Assembly: GCA_032718475.1 (NCBI GenBank)
Contig: JAUCBJ010003269.1
Coordinates: forward strand, 1 to 52,900
Length of the DNA: 52,900 nucleotides
Direction: 5' to 3'
Source of the DNA: Nemertoderma westbladi
Taxonomy: Eukaryota > Animalia > Xenacoelomorpha
The notes below the pieces were generated by a model. The model was not told the DNA's origin and made no database searches. It saw only the letters and a list, made by a program, of their open reading frames with translations. This document shows, piece by piece, positions 25,391 through 38,224 of the stretch (the stretch's first letter is position 1; the number at the start of each line of letters is the position of its first letter). The position numbers and the translations under genes are program-made.

Positions 25391-25877
25391 TACTCAATAG
25401 TATGCATTCAATTTTGTACCGGTACATAATAATCAGTTTATCGGTTTATAGGCTAATACTTCGTATATTAATTCTGACTGTACTGCTGTATGCCAGTATG
25501 TAGTTGAAATGTCCGGAGCGCGAGCTCTGTTCCTAAAATGTGAATTTTGTTCCAATTCACAGAGAACTTTGTTCTTATTTTAGCGAATTTTGTTCCTATG
25601 AAATTGAAATAGTCTGCCTGTCTCGCAAATCTATTGCAAACTTGGTTCCTATGACTGCGAATTTTGTTCCTATGACATCGAATTTTGTTCCACTCACAAT
25701 TACAGTAGGCCTACTACTACTACAGTAGATAGACCTACGGTTGATGAATTACAACACGCATTCTGAAATTAACTTTAATGCCGTCAACTTTCTCACGATT
25801 TCATTAGTAGCAAGTTGACGATTGTTTAGGTTAACACAATCTCATGAGAATATAAAAGCTCAGTCAGACAATTAATT

Positions 25878-25945
25878 AACGTTGCTCCTCAACTGGGTAA
25901 CGTGGCTCCTCAACTGGGTAACGTGGCTCCTCAACTGGGTAACGT
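25878..25945. repeat. 21-bp tandem repeat x3 (AACGTGGCTCCTCAACTGGGT)
   Basis: Directly visible. Confidence 0.9.
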
Positions 25946-26081
25946 TTATACAACTCCCCATGGGCAACTAATATATTAATTTCGACATTAAATATTACAG
26001 CGTAATAGTATACTTATCTTCATAGGATGATGCATTTATATAGGATACCGGAAATATAGATCTTATGTCACTGCTTGACAT

Positions 26082-26350
26082 TACTACTACTACTACTACT
26101 ACTACCACGATCGGCATGATGCATTGTAGCTGGATTATAGGCCTATATAATAGGCCTATAGTGCCGTCCCCGTTATGTCAACAAAATTGCGCCGCCACAA
26201 CTCCCTACCACCCATGACATTTGCTAGATCATCCGCATCTTCAACCTTGCTTATTCGCTCCATGAGACCGCTAAAGCACAAGATTATGCACTGGCTGGTC
26301 CTCACGGCGAAAGCAATGTCCTGCAAAGCGGAGGCGGTTCTTATATAATG
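26082..26350 (-). mobile_element. RTE-like LINE 3' end fragment, possibly with a (GTA)n tail
   Basis: Minus-strand translation NRLRFAGHCFRREDQPVHNLVL*RSHGANKQG contains the RLRFAGH motif typical of RTE-clade ORF ends. A (TAC)n run lies at 26082-26105. Confidence 0.65.
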
Positions 26351-27774
26351 CTTGACATTACACTAACCGACTGAATACAGATAGAACAATAATTAATGAT
26401 ATAATTAATGTACATAACTCTAATTCTGTAATTGACAATAAATAGGCCTTGTGAAATGTTTTTCAGCTGCTGGGCTGTCAATGTGCAGTTGTAGGTATTC
26501 ATTTCGCGTTCCATAATTTTGATAATATGCTAATAATTCGAATATCGCACATCGAATCGTTCCCAACTTTTTTATTCAACAACTAGATAGGGCCTAATAA
26601 TTTATAAATAGTTGCGTTTACAATTCTCCAATACATGCAAGTGGTTTGAAGCCATTTGGCGCATCCATCGCGTTTTTGCCGACCTCACCTTTAGACAAAA
26701 ACTACCCAGTCTAAGGACAGGTTCGTTATAACTTAGTAATAAATCATCCAATATTGAATACACAAACTGAAAGTAACTTGCAGAGATTGGATTGGAACAA
26801 AGTTTGCAATAGGCCTATATACAGATATAATAGGAAAAAAGTTCGCATTGATAGGAACAAAGTTCGCAATAATTGGGACAAAATGATACTTGAAAATTCG
26901 AAAGGAACATAGTTCGCAAGTAGAGGAACAAAGTTCGCTCAGTCGCTATCCGTTGGAACAAAATTTGCAAAAATACAATAGGCAGATAGCTGTAGGAACA
27001 AAATTCGCAAAATATCAATAGGAACAAAATTTGCGCCCCGAAATGTCAAAGGATATTTTTAAAACGTCATTTTCGTTGATTGGTGATTGGAACAAAGTTC
27101 GCATCCTATTGGAACAAAGCACGCATTTTTTGGAAACAAGTTCGCAATTTTTGGAACAAAGTTCGCGTCTGCAATTCATTGAGACAAACAGAAAAAAGTT
27201 CGATCTACGGTATTGGAATAAAGTTCGCACTTCGCAGTTGAACAACTGTCATCTGGTCATTAGAGCTATTCGGAACAAAGTTCGCGTAACCGTGTACTTA
27301 CAGACTTATACCAGACAGCCAGATAATTATATGATTAGGCCTATAGCAGTATAGGCTACTGCTATACAGCTATAGGCCTAGTTAATACTGTAATACGAAT
27401 TACGAAATGCTGCTGTGCTGACTGGCTGAGGTACCGGCAGACCTGTACCGATTCTACTGAACAACCAAGAACTACCGGTACTACCCAACTACAGAACTAG
27501 AACCAGATACAAGGCAGCAAGGTACCGGTACCTTTCCTTTACTGAACTGAACTGACCGGATCGAGTAGGCCTATGGCAGTATGAACAATCAGACAATGTT
27601 ATATAAGAAAAAAAATGGCCAGTCTGCCAACTGCCAGTACTGAAATGACATAGTCAGCTGGATGGAGGATGATCTGATGTAGCTGTATCAGTGTAGCAGT
27701 AGTGACTCTCTGACTCTGTCCTGCTGTCAGTGAGTGACATCCAGGTTGGAATTTATGTAGAGTTTGCTCAACAT

Positions 27775-27890
27775 GTGTGGCGCGGATTAAGGATCCTGGC
27801 GCGTAGTGACAGGGGCGTGTGGCGCGGATTAAGGATCCTGGCACGTAGTGACAGGGGCGTGTGGCGCGCATTGAGGGTCCTGGCGCGAAT
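27775..27890. repeat. About 42-bp tandem repeat (GTGTGGCGCGGATTAAGGATCCTGGCGCGTAGTGACAGGGGC), probably a transposon subterminal array
   Basis: About 2.5 copies visible. The TGGCGCG motif recurs at 28590-28655 and 30075-30215. Confidence 0.7.
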
Positions 27891-30489
27891 ATGGATGTAG
27901 GGTCAGGTTGGGACAGTAGGAGGTAGCATAGCAGTGCACTAGCAACACATCCCACTCTACAGCTCTATCTGTCTATTTGAAATTATTCCATAGGTTTAAA
28001 AAGATTGAAAAATGTCCGCTCGCTTCGCTCGCTGTATACTGTATGCTGTAAATCTACTCTTTAGTCTGTTAGTACTGTCTGGCTGTGGACAAATGGAAAC
28101 GGACAGGTTGAGCATGACCATTAAAAACATTACTTATTGTTTCAAAAGTTTTTCAATTGTCAGGTTCTTCAAACCAATAAAACCATGAAAGCCTGCATGA
28201 TTCAGCAGAATTTCCGTGCTCGCTACGCTCGCAATTTACCGGTAATGACATCTGCATTTCTGCATTGGAAAACAGTCGGTTTGCCTACTTTAAATGCTGA
28301 AATGTTAAAATTGTCGTGCTCGCTACGCTCGCATCTTGATCACATTTGCATTTAAAAACAGTCAGTTGACGTTGACCTACTCTACTACTACTACAACTAC
28401 AGCACTATCTGACTATTACCAGATTACTGTCAGACTGTATTTATGTTAACATAATTGGAAAATTTCCTTGCTCGCTGCGCTCGCATTTTAATGTCTGAAT
28501 GTTAACATACTGTAGGGCTACAGGAATTATAAACTGATGAATTATTACAATTAAGCAATTACTGCAAAATTTCATAGTCAATTGTTGGCTTGGCGCGCAT
28601 TAGGATATCATGGCTGGCGCGATTTTCGTTTAACCAGAACGCGTGTGGCGCGCTTTTTGTCAGTATTCCATATAGGAGTGACATAGGTGATAGGCCTACC
28701 GCTGTACCGGTCACGCGGTCAGCCGGTAGGATATTGGCGATCCTGCGTGCAGGCGTGTAGTTGTTAGGGACTAGACATACCTGTCAGCCTGTTGCGGTTA
28801 CCGGCTGACCGGTCTGCCAGTAGACAGGTAAACGATCGACGAATGACATACCGATAGCGCGATAGCCTTGTCCTTTCAGGCTTCTTGCATCTTCCTCAGT
28901 TGGTAGTTCAGTACTTCCAGACTTCAGTTGTTGGAACGACACACAAACCACAGACACAAGTTTCAACGAATACCGGTCGGCCGGTAGGCCTATTGCAGTA
29001 TTGGAATATTACTGCAATGTACTGCATGACAGTGTACTGTACTGTACTACAGTACTACTGTACTACCACTACTGCTGTACTGCTGTACTGGTAACTCAGT
29101 CAGTCAGTAGTCAGGTAGTCAGTACTGAAGCACGACAGTAGGATATTAAGGTAAATCTTTTCGACCTACGCGTAGGCATAAGCGTAGTTCGAAACATTGG
29201 GTCATATATCACCAGTTTCAGAACTACGCGTCACCATCTGTAACATAATAATCTGTATCGTTGTTGTAAGATAAGTCAGGGGAAGGGAAATACAACTCAA
29301 CCACTAGACAAAGCGCCTCTCTTTACTACGTTCAGCTATCCCAGGAGGTTGATTGACAGACACTTCTAAGCTTTGATATTTAGCCGCACTAGGTAGACTC
29401 ACATTAGGCAAATTCCAAGTGATTTCCTAAAGGTTATTTATTTCCTATTAGGTTTCTATTAGGATCCTATTAGGATCCAATAGGACGTTATTTGAAAGCG
29501 TTACTGTAACATATTTCGCAGTAATATTATTTGAAATATCTGGTGTGTTTTCTATTTGAGTGGTAGCAATAGCGTTCAATTCACTCGCTAAGACATACGG
29601 CGATGGGCATCTACTTTTCGACTCTTGGAGGGAATCTCCTATTATCTCCAAAGCCGAGGGGGTTAAAACATGACGTTTACGTTTCTCTCCACTCCCACTA
29701 GCTTCTGTGGTGATAGAACCGCCTGACTTCCTTCCTTCATCCTTTTTATCTTGTACGTTATCAAGAATCGCTGCTCCCTTCGATCCATGTCATCATTGCT
29801 CTTTATAAACACTACAGTCTTTATAATTTCCTCATTATTGTTACGGTAAGAACGTCGCACCACCTGATATCCGTTGACTTCCTTAACTGGTTCAACTCAG
29901 TAAAATCTGAAACAAAAAAATTTCATAACAATAACAATAAATATAAAACTGAAAAATCTGTAATCTACATACAGTACATAGTGTGGAGTACTGTAGTTAC
30001 TGTATTTATAGTTTCTGTTACTGTAGTTACTGTTACTGTTTATCCATTATCCAATAGTCAGGATGTGTATTATCGCGCCACTGGCGCAGTGCCAGTGGCG
30101 CCTGCCGCCCGATGCATTTTGACTTACATGCAGGTTTTTCTCTGGCGCACCTCAATTTATAGAGTTTAAAGTGTTAGCGCAGCGCTTTTTCAATATTACC
30201 TGGCGCGGCGCCATTTTCATAATGTGTCTAGATCACTATCCACAGCACTTTTTGTAAGGATTCCACTAGGGGGGGGGGGGGGGGGGGGGGGTGGGGGGGT
30301 CAAAGCCCCCACCCACCCCAACAATGATAGCACCCAGACGGCTATAATTGATACACTGTACCTAAATCCAATATCCTTTGTGTCTTGTGTGGATATGAAC
30401 GCAGAAGGGTAGCGTTCTATTTGTCGAGGGAGATCACCAACATTGTCCCAGTGCTTCAGAAGCAGGCTCAGTAGATCACTCGTTTTATA

Positions 30490-32805
30490 CAGTCCCTATC
30501 TCATTCTAGATACCGTTTCTCAAACTGGGTACCTTTTCTCTTACCTCACTCTTACTAACTCAAACCTGTCTGGTTTACTCAAACCCAACTCAAACTCGCA
30601 TTACCACCCACTGTGCACTGTGTAGCATTCATACAGCAAGCTGTCTGTGTTTAATGGCCCACTCGCTTCTGTTATACTCTGCCTACGGGTTTGATAATCT
30701 CCTGCTGTTATAACATTCCCTAAACTTGATTTGTTTGTGTGTAATTAACTCCAGTAGACAGTGAGAATTAAGTTGCAGACTCGGTGACTCAATTTATTTT
30801 TAAATTTCAGAATAAAAAAAATTATATGCTAAATTATTAAACTGAAGATTTATTAATTTTTTATTACATTTATTAAGTATGTCTGACTCATAACATATTA
30901 ACATTATTTTACATTAATATATAACCATATAATATAACCAACCAATTTTATAAATTTATTTTAATGTCGCGTATATTTCGCTAATGTTTCTAATGTTTAA
31001 CTTTAATGTTTTACTAATGTTTAATTCTCTATTACATCGTCAACACAATTATTCGCAATACATCCGGGTGTGGGTATACCGGGCAAAGGGGCCAGATGAA
31101 ACCTCTGTAATTATAGACAGGGCATATTTATGGGACGGGGGGGGGGGGGGGGGGTGGGGGTGTTGCGAGGTCCCGGTAGCACGAACTTAGTTCCAATCGC
31201 ACATTCTCAAAGGCGAACTTAGTTCCAATTGAAACGGATTTAATTCCAAAATAAATTTTACAAAGCGAACTGAGTTCCAATCGAGGCGAACTTAGTTTCA
31301 ATCCCAGAATATCAAAACGAACTTAGTTCCAATGGATGCGAATTTAGTTCCAATGCATGCGAATTTAGTTCCAATGGAAGCGAATTTAGTTCCAATGGAA
31401 GCGAATTTAGTTCCAATGCATGCGAATTTAGTTCCAATGGAAGCGAATTTAGTTCCAATGGGTACGAACTTAGTTTCAAAGTTTCAATCGTGGGGATAGC
31501 CACGTAGTAGGCGAAGCCTATTGCGTATTGTCAATATTTGGGGTGGGTCAGGGTCAACAATAATTGTAAATAATTGTAAAACCATTCCGTCATTTTTAAA
31601 AAAACGAATTATTATTAAATGTATAATTACACATTTTGAATTATATATTAATCACGAGTGTACTGATACTGACTGACTGAGTCTGTAGTATTATATACTC
31701 AAGTCGTGCACATTGTGCCATTTATCACACCAAATACAATATTTACTAGTTGTTTCGGTTTAGGTGGATGGGCGTTGTTTGGGTTAGGAGGTTGGGCGTA
31801 GTTTGGGTTATGAGCTTGGGCGTTGTTTGGGATAAGATTGTTTTCGTTAGGAGATTGGGCGTTTTGGGTTAGTTATTTACAATTATTGTTTAACCAGCCT
31901 CTTAATAGTGTCATTAAACAGATTCTTCGCTAACTACGTGGCTCGCCCCTTTGGAACTAAATTCGCTTCCATTGGAACTAAGTTCGCATCCATTGGAACT
32001 AAGTTCGCATCCATTGGAACTAAGTTCGCATCCATTGGAACTAAGTTCGCATCCATTGGAACTAAATTCGCATCCATTGGAACTAAATTCGTTTTAGTTT
32101 TTCTCCAGTTATTGGAACTAAGTTCGCCTAAATTGGAACTAAATTCGTTTCCATTGGAACTAAATTCGCATGAGGCTTAAATTGGAACTAAGTACGGTGA
32201 ATCCGAGGTCCCATATGCACTAATAATTCTTATTTAACCATTCGATTTTTAAACTGATATGTCTTGTAAGGCACCAATTGACATCAAACAGACAGACAAC
32301 AGAGCACCAATTTCCCACAACAATATTCCCAGAATTAAAACTTTCTCTACAAACAGACCGAGCCAGTGTGGTTTAGTTAACAACATACATTTAGCAGTTT
32401 AGTAGAGCCCACAAAGGAACTGCGTGATTGACATGTCTTTTATGAGACACACGCAAGCCGGCCTGCCCAGCTTATGTAATTCAACCCATTAACTCAAGAG
32501 CCCAAGCAACAGACAGAGGCCCCTTCCCCATCCCCATGTGGTGCCTCACTCAACCTGAGTAATTATCCATCCCGTACAGGAAGAGTAATGCTGAGTATGG
32601 CACAGTTGGAAGTCAACCTAACTCAAACCATGGCGCCAGACTCTAGTTTGAGTTAGATTGAGCTGGCTGCATCTTTCTGATTTCTCAACTCTTACCCCCA
32701 GACCCCAGTCTTACCTACTGAAATTCTCCGTTGACTATCATTAGTAAAAGGTTTGAGAAATGATACCCAGTTTGAGAAATAATATTCAGAATGAGATAGG
32801 GACTG
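30490..32805. mobile_element. Non-autonomous Tc1/mariner/pogo-like element
   Basis: TA|CAGTCCCTATCTCATTCT...TTTCTCAAACTGGGTA on the left and TACCCAGTTTGAGAAA...AGAATGAGATAGGGACTG|TA on the right: CAGT termini with TA TSD. Confidence 0.8.
31175..32203. mobile_element. Mutator/foldback-like MITE with 21-bp tandem repeats in both arms
   Basis: Exact 9-bp TSD CGAGGTCCC at 31166-31174 and 32204-32212. Arms are inverted arrays of GCGAATTTAGTTCCAAT / ATTGGAACTAARTTCGC. Confidence 0.85.
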
Positions 32806-34152
32806 TATGGCCTGAAATCCTCGAAATCCGGTATCTCGTATACAAAGTACAAGTAATAATTAGGCCTAGTTTGTAAACAATGAAGCCTACAGTACTCCAG
32901 TATTACTGCAGTTTGAGTTTGACTCTGTACAAATAGTAATAATTAAGATACATTTGTTTTGCTACGATAAAGAAGATACCAAGGAGGGTCACTAACCAAC
33001 AAAATGTTACCTAACTATTAATCGATACTAACTTTTTCCGAAATTCGGCCGGCCTTGATCGTCCTGCTCCGTCGATCCCATTTATTAAACAGTATATCCC
33101 AAACTATAGGCCTACAATTGTTATAAAGATTTACGGTTCCAGTTTACCCAAAGCAGCCAAGGGAGTGTAGAAGAATAAACTGAATAGCGAATACCGAGGC
33201 AGTATAGCGTACCGCTAACTAGCCTACTGTTGTTTCAGTTTGTCGGCTGATGAATGGACAAACTGACATACCGGCTTTAGGCCTACTGTACCTAACAACT
33301 CATACTTTCATATTCCATACCGGGTCTGAAATGAAAAATCATTGTTATCAGGACTGCTACGCGTAGCACCTACGCGTATGTACGCGTGTCACCTACGCGT
33401 AGATTCAAAATACCTACGCGTAGTTCCAAAATACCTACGCGTAGTTCCAAAATACCTACGCGTAGTTTTAAAACACCTACGCGTAGTTGTTAAAAAGGCA
33501 GTAAGCCTGCCCTACCGGTAAATGACAGGAATGGAAGTTACAAACTACGCGTAGGCCTACGCGTAGGTCGAAAAGATTTACCCATATTAATAAAGTATAA
33601 ATAGATATGCCTACCAATCAAACAACAAAACCTGAAAGTCACACTATATTCCACTATTGACCGTTCTTCAGCTAGGCCTAATCCATTACAGTTCTCATGT
33701 CAGATGGTGGTATGGCGCAATTTCGCAGGAAGACACTTTTATCAAAAGCTTAAAGAATGAAAGCGAAAATATAAATTCAGGCTCACTCACCCAGTTTCTA
33801 ATTTCATGCAATCTCATTGAGATTTGTAGAACAATTGGAGGGGGGGGGGGGGGGGGTAGGCGCTACCAAGTTACAAAAACTGATTTTTTTGCCGATTCTA
33901 GACTCAAATTTGATTCCGCATCTGAATCTGAAACTCGTTTATCCTTATCTTACCTTACTTTTCGAGTTACAGGTGGTTTTGCATAGAAAGATAGATTGTG
34001 GTGGGATTTATAAATTTTTTTTATGTCATGGTTTTGACATATAATTTCGACTTACTTTTGTATTTCTGTGTTGGAAAATTAAAAACAGATCTCTCGATTG
34101 TTATTGTTTTACAAAAAGAAGATTTTTAGTTTCTATAATTTGCTCTGCCTGC

Positions 34153-34738
34153 CAGGGCCGTATTTAGGGGGGGCCGAAGGGGCCGAGGCCCCAGGCCCCC
34201 CACCACAGGGGCCCCCCACCACGATCCCACAACTATAGGGATTGACCGAACTAGAGGAGTCGAACCAGAACCTAACTGAAACCGAACATGGCAATTTTGA
34301 ATTTTGCCACTTATTTTTCCCAAAATATATGAAAAACAAAAAGAGAGTGTGAAAAACAGTAAATATTTTTATTCTTAAATTGTTACTTTTCCACTTGAAT
34401 TTAGACCAAAATCGGGAGAAAAAGTTTCACTTTTTTCCCTGGGGAAAAAAGTAACCCATAGGATTGCATTGATTTTACAGGACTAACGTGTTTCAGGGCC
34501 TCCACCTGTCATGTACCGGTACTGTAGGTAGTTGTACTGTAGTACTGGTGCAATGTTCCGTAACCTGCTCCTTTCCATCAATTGGTAAAGTGGCTGTTTA
34601 TTGTTTTGGTTAGAAAAGCCTGCCTCTGTAAGCTGCTGCTTTCCCTCAATTGGTTTATGACGTGTGTTAAATATATTAGGCCTAGAGTCTGACAGTATTA
34701 CTGTATTATGTGGAGGCCCCCCAAACACGTTAATCCCG
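34153..34738 (+). mobile_element. Probable hAT-like non-autonomous element remnant
   Basis: Starts CAGGGCCGTATTTAGGG followed by GGCCCC-rich subterminal motifs. The right end is degenerate (GGCCCCCC...GTTAATCC); no TSD confirmed. Confidence 0.4.
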
Positions 34739-37616
34739 ATTTTACTTTTTTTCCCGGCGAAAAAAAGTAAAATTAAATATTTTTGGTTTAATTTCTTAAA
34801 TTTTATTGGATGTATTCAAAGAGCATTGACGTAGACAAGGTTTACACGTAATTTGAGCAAAATCCATGCATGCACTCAAAAGTTATGGCAAATTTAGTGT
34901 CTGCGCGACGTACTCCAAAACGGAACTCAACATCCAATATTGGTTTATGTTGTTAAGCGGCTCTCTTCTTACGTAATAAATATTCGAGAACACTAAATTG
35001 TTCAACATTGAGTAAGGCAGCATCAGGAGTTGAAGAGTCCAGTAATTTGAAGTGCAGTAACTATGGAAGCAATATGGTAAAATACTATACTGTATAGTTC
35101 TATTTATTTTGTACCACTATATCGCTGTACGTTTTATTAAAAATGAACCAACAAAAAAGTACCAATTTAAGAATAAATTACGTATTACATGGGAAAAAAA
35201 AGTAGAACATTTTTTTTCAATATTCTCTCGACCCTTTATTAACCTCACTGACGCTCGGTAAATAAATGCATCGAGAATAGTGAAAAGAGTTATACTTTTT
35301 TTCCCATGTAATACAGTAAATAATTATTGTACAGTAGCTTATGAATTTATATTTATTTACTTTCAATTCTTGCATTTTTTGATCAAATATTTTTATACTG
35401 ATATAAACAGGAACATGCTTCAAATTTCTAATTTCCACATGTAAGGATGTGAGTTTTCCTGAAATATGTTTTTCAAGGAAATTTCCGGAAAAGTATATTT
35501 TATCCGTAGTTACGACCACAAGAGACAAGACAACGAACCTAAGCAGGAATCCCTCGTTTGTACTGTTTACTCTACTTGTGTTTTACTATATATGTTTTCA
35601 GAATGTACTAAATAAAATAATTACGGTACCGTACACCATGACCCGCAATATAGTGTCATTTTCTTATTACACGGACCCCCCCACCCCCAAACTTTTTCTA
35701 CAAATCTTTATCATATTGCTTGAAATAAATTTTAAACACAACTAGTTCTACTCACCGTCGATGTCGACATGAAGCCGGAAATTTCGATTTTGCCTGTATA
35801 TTTTTTTTATAAGCGTTTTAAACTCTTGTGTGTCTTTTGCGAAATTGCACACCTCCTATACAGTATATACATCCTATATACAGTACATATACATACATCC
35901 TATATCCTATATACATCTCCATATATATCGATATTATTTACATTGGCCTCGGTTTGTAGATATCATTGGAAAGTTTGCGTAACAAGGATTCCAAATATGT
36001 AACAATGTCTGAGTTTCGTTTAGTAACAGCGGAGATATAAGGCGTTCAAAGATTGCAAGAATAATCAGGACTGACATTTAGTTTCCCCCTAGTAATTCCT
36101 CATAAAAATATATTAAAATAAGACGAAGAAGACCACCTACACCTTAGTATAAATCCCCAAAGCTAAATTCCTATTAGTGCGTTACTTTTTTTACGTTCTT
36201 CGAAATAATATTTAATTGTCTACTGTTTACTGTACTTTATTCAGTAGCCCTATAAAATCCGGATCCCGGGCGCATTTTAGGGTAGACTTGTGTAGATACA
36301 ATAATATTGAAACTTTTATAGTTATATTTTTATTCGGATTATACCTTTAACTTCTAACCTTTTAACTGCAATTATTGGGGTCTGGCAGTCGGGTGTCGAT
36401 AGAGTGGTATGTATAGCATAATCGATCATTCTATACCACAAATATGTTGTTATGACTCATATTAGGCTCAACTGTGATGCTGAGGTTTGGGAGCAAAGTT
36501 GTGATTAATATGGCTCGAATACACAGACAATTGGGGTGAATTTTAACCGAATAATGGTATGTGTCAAAATTGGCACGTACTGTACGGCCTTTCTAGTGTT
36601 AAGATCAGAGAATGCACAAAGATTCCACCACCAGAACCGACCGAACACTCAACTGTAATCGGCTGACAGGCTGACACCCGTTCCTCAGGGCAAACCTCTA
36701 CTATTCCGGGTCATCATATCGTGGAATTACATAGTTTAACAGAAAAGTACTGTATATCGATTGCCGTAACATTAATCAACCGAATAATTCTGAATATCGC
36801 ATCGGGAATCCTGTAGAATGTACTGTATTTTGCTTGGGTGTCAGAATGTGTTTCTAAAAGGTAGAGGAATCCTATATCCCATTCTGGCACTTAGAAGGGG
36901 AGGACTGCGACGGCTCTGTGTACTGTATTTGGTTGTAACGAGTTAGGGCAAGACGTCCTTAACAATCTGTAGGCGCTAGTATTAAAGAGATTTCATCGAG
37001 ACGGGTTCCAGTGTATTATAGCCTGTGTCAGACACACAGACAAATAGACCTACTAAACTGTAGATTTCATTTTTAGATTAAGTAGGGCTTACTGCGAATG
37101 TTAACACAACAAACACAAACTATGCAAATTATACGTAAGTCTATACCTGATATAATGATAAGTCTACACTACATTTTGTCTAAATTGACAACAGTAAACA
37201 TAACAAGTTCAAACATTTAATTATTTGAAGAGTTAGATATTATCTTACAGTTCTAATCATCAGCAAACAACACCGGCAGGAGTTTATAAATGTACAGTAG
37301 TTTTGGAATTATATTTTATGCCATTAGTTATATTAAAACTATAACAATTATTATAGTTATAATAGGGATTAAATTAGGGTAGAGGCCGCCATTGTTGTAA
37401 CCAACAAATTTCATTTCACAGCATAAAAATCCCGGTTACAGTTCCGTTTTCCTCCCAAATAACACCAAACATTAGTGAATTAAGACAAAATAATTGTGAT
37501 TTACCTGTTTAATACGGAAGGAGTGAGTAATAACTATTTACATACTTGTGTGTAAAGTACTGTAGCACTTTACATTGTGACGATCCGAGTGGCTTTGTTA
37601 CACGAACGAACGTATT

Positions 37617-38224
37617 TAACATCCTTTGGGTCCGTGTGCGAATAATCTGACATCCTTTGGGTCCGTGTTCAAAGTATCTGCCAACATTTGGGTCCGTGTT
37701 CGTGTTCAAAGTATCTACCAACATATGGGTCCGTGTGCAAAGTATATGACATCCCTTGGGTCCGTGTTCAAAGTATCTGACATCCTTTGGGTTCGTGTTC
37801 AAAGTATCTACCAACATATGGGTCCGTGTGCAAAGTATATGACATCCTTTGGGTCCGTGTTCAAAGTATCTACCAACATATGGGTCCGTGTGCAAAGTAT
37901 ATGACATCCTTTGGGTCCATGTTCAAAGTATATGACATCCTTGGGTCCGTGTTCAAAGTATCTGGCATCCTTTGGGTCCGTGTTCAAAGTATCTGACATC
38001 CTTTGGGTCCATGTTCAAAGTATCTGACATCCTTTGGGTTCGTGTTCAAAGTATCTACCAACATATGGGTCCGTGTGCAAAGTATATGACATCCTTTGGG
38101 TCCGTGTTCAAAGTATCTACCAACATATGGGTCCGTGTGCAAAGTATATGACATCCTTTGGGTCCATGTTCAAAGTATATGACATCCTTTGGGTCCGTGT
38201 TCAAAGTATCTGGCATCCTTTGGG
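37617..38224. repeat. 31-bp satellite GGGTCCGTGTTCAAAGTATCTGACATCCTTT, left block
   Basis: Visible tandem units. Confidence 0.95.

Larger units (their letters stand above)
25514..27291. mobile_element. Degenerate foldback-type element with inverted arrays of GGAACAAAGTTCGC
   Basis: GCGAAYTTTGTTCC repeats at 25514-25691 face GGAACAAAGTTCGC repeats at about 26790-27291. No TSD found. Confidence 0.55.
29150..33582. mobile_element. Non-autonomous TIR transposon (Merlin-like or MULE-like), outermost of a nest
   Basis: 28-bp perfect TIR GGTAAATCTTTTCGACCTACGCGTAGGC at 29150 with its reverse complement ending at 33582. Flanks gatattaa / catattaa (8 bp, 1 mismatch). Subterminal CCTACGCGTAG repeats at 33355-33490. 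Confidence 0.8.

Noticed and set aside
35756-35770. ATGTCGACATCGACG|gtgagt as the TENT5 first exon
   Set aside because: The donor is phase 0, but the downstream exons require phase 1.
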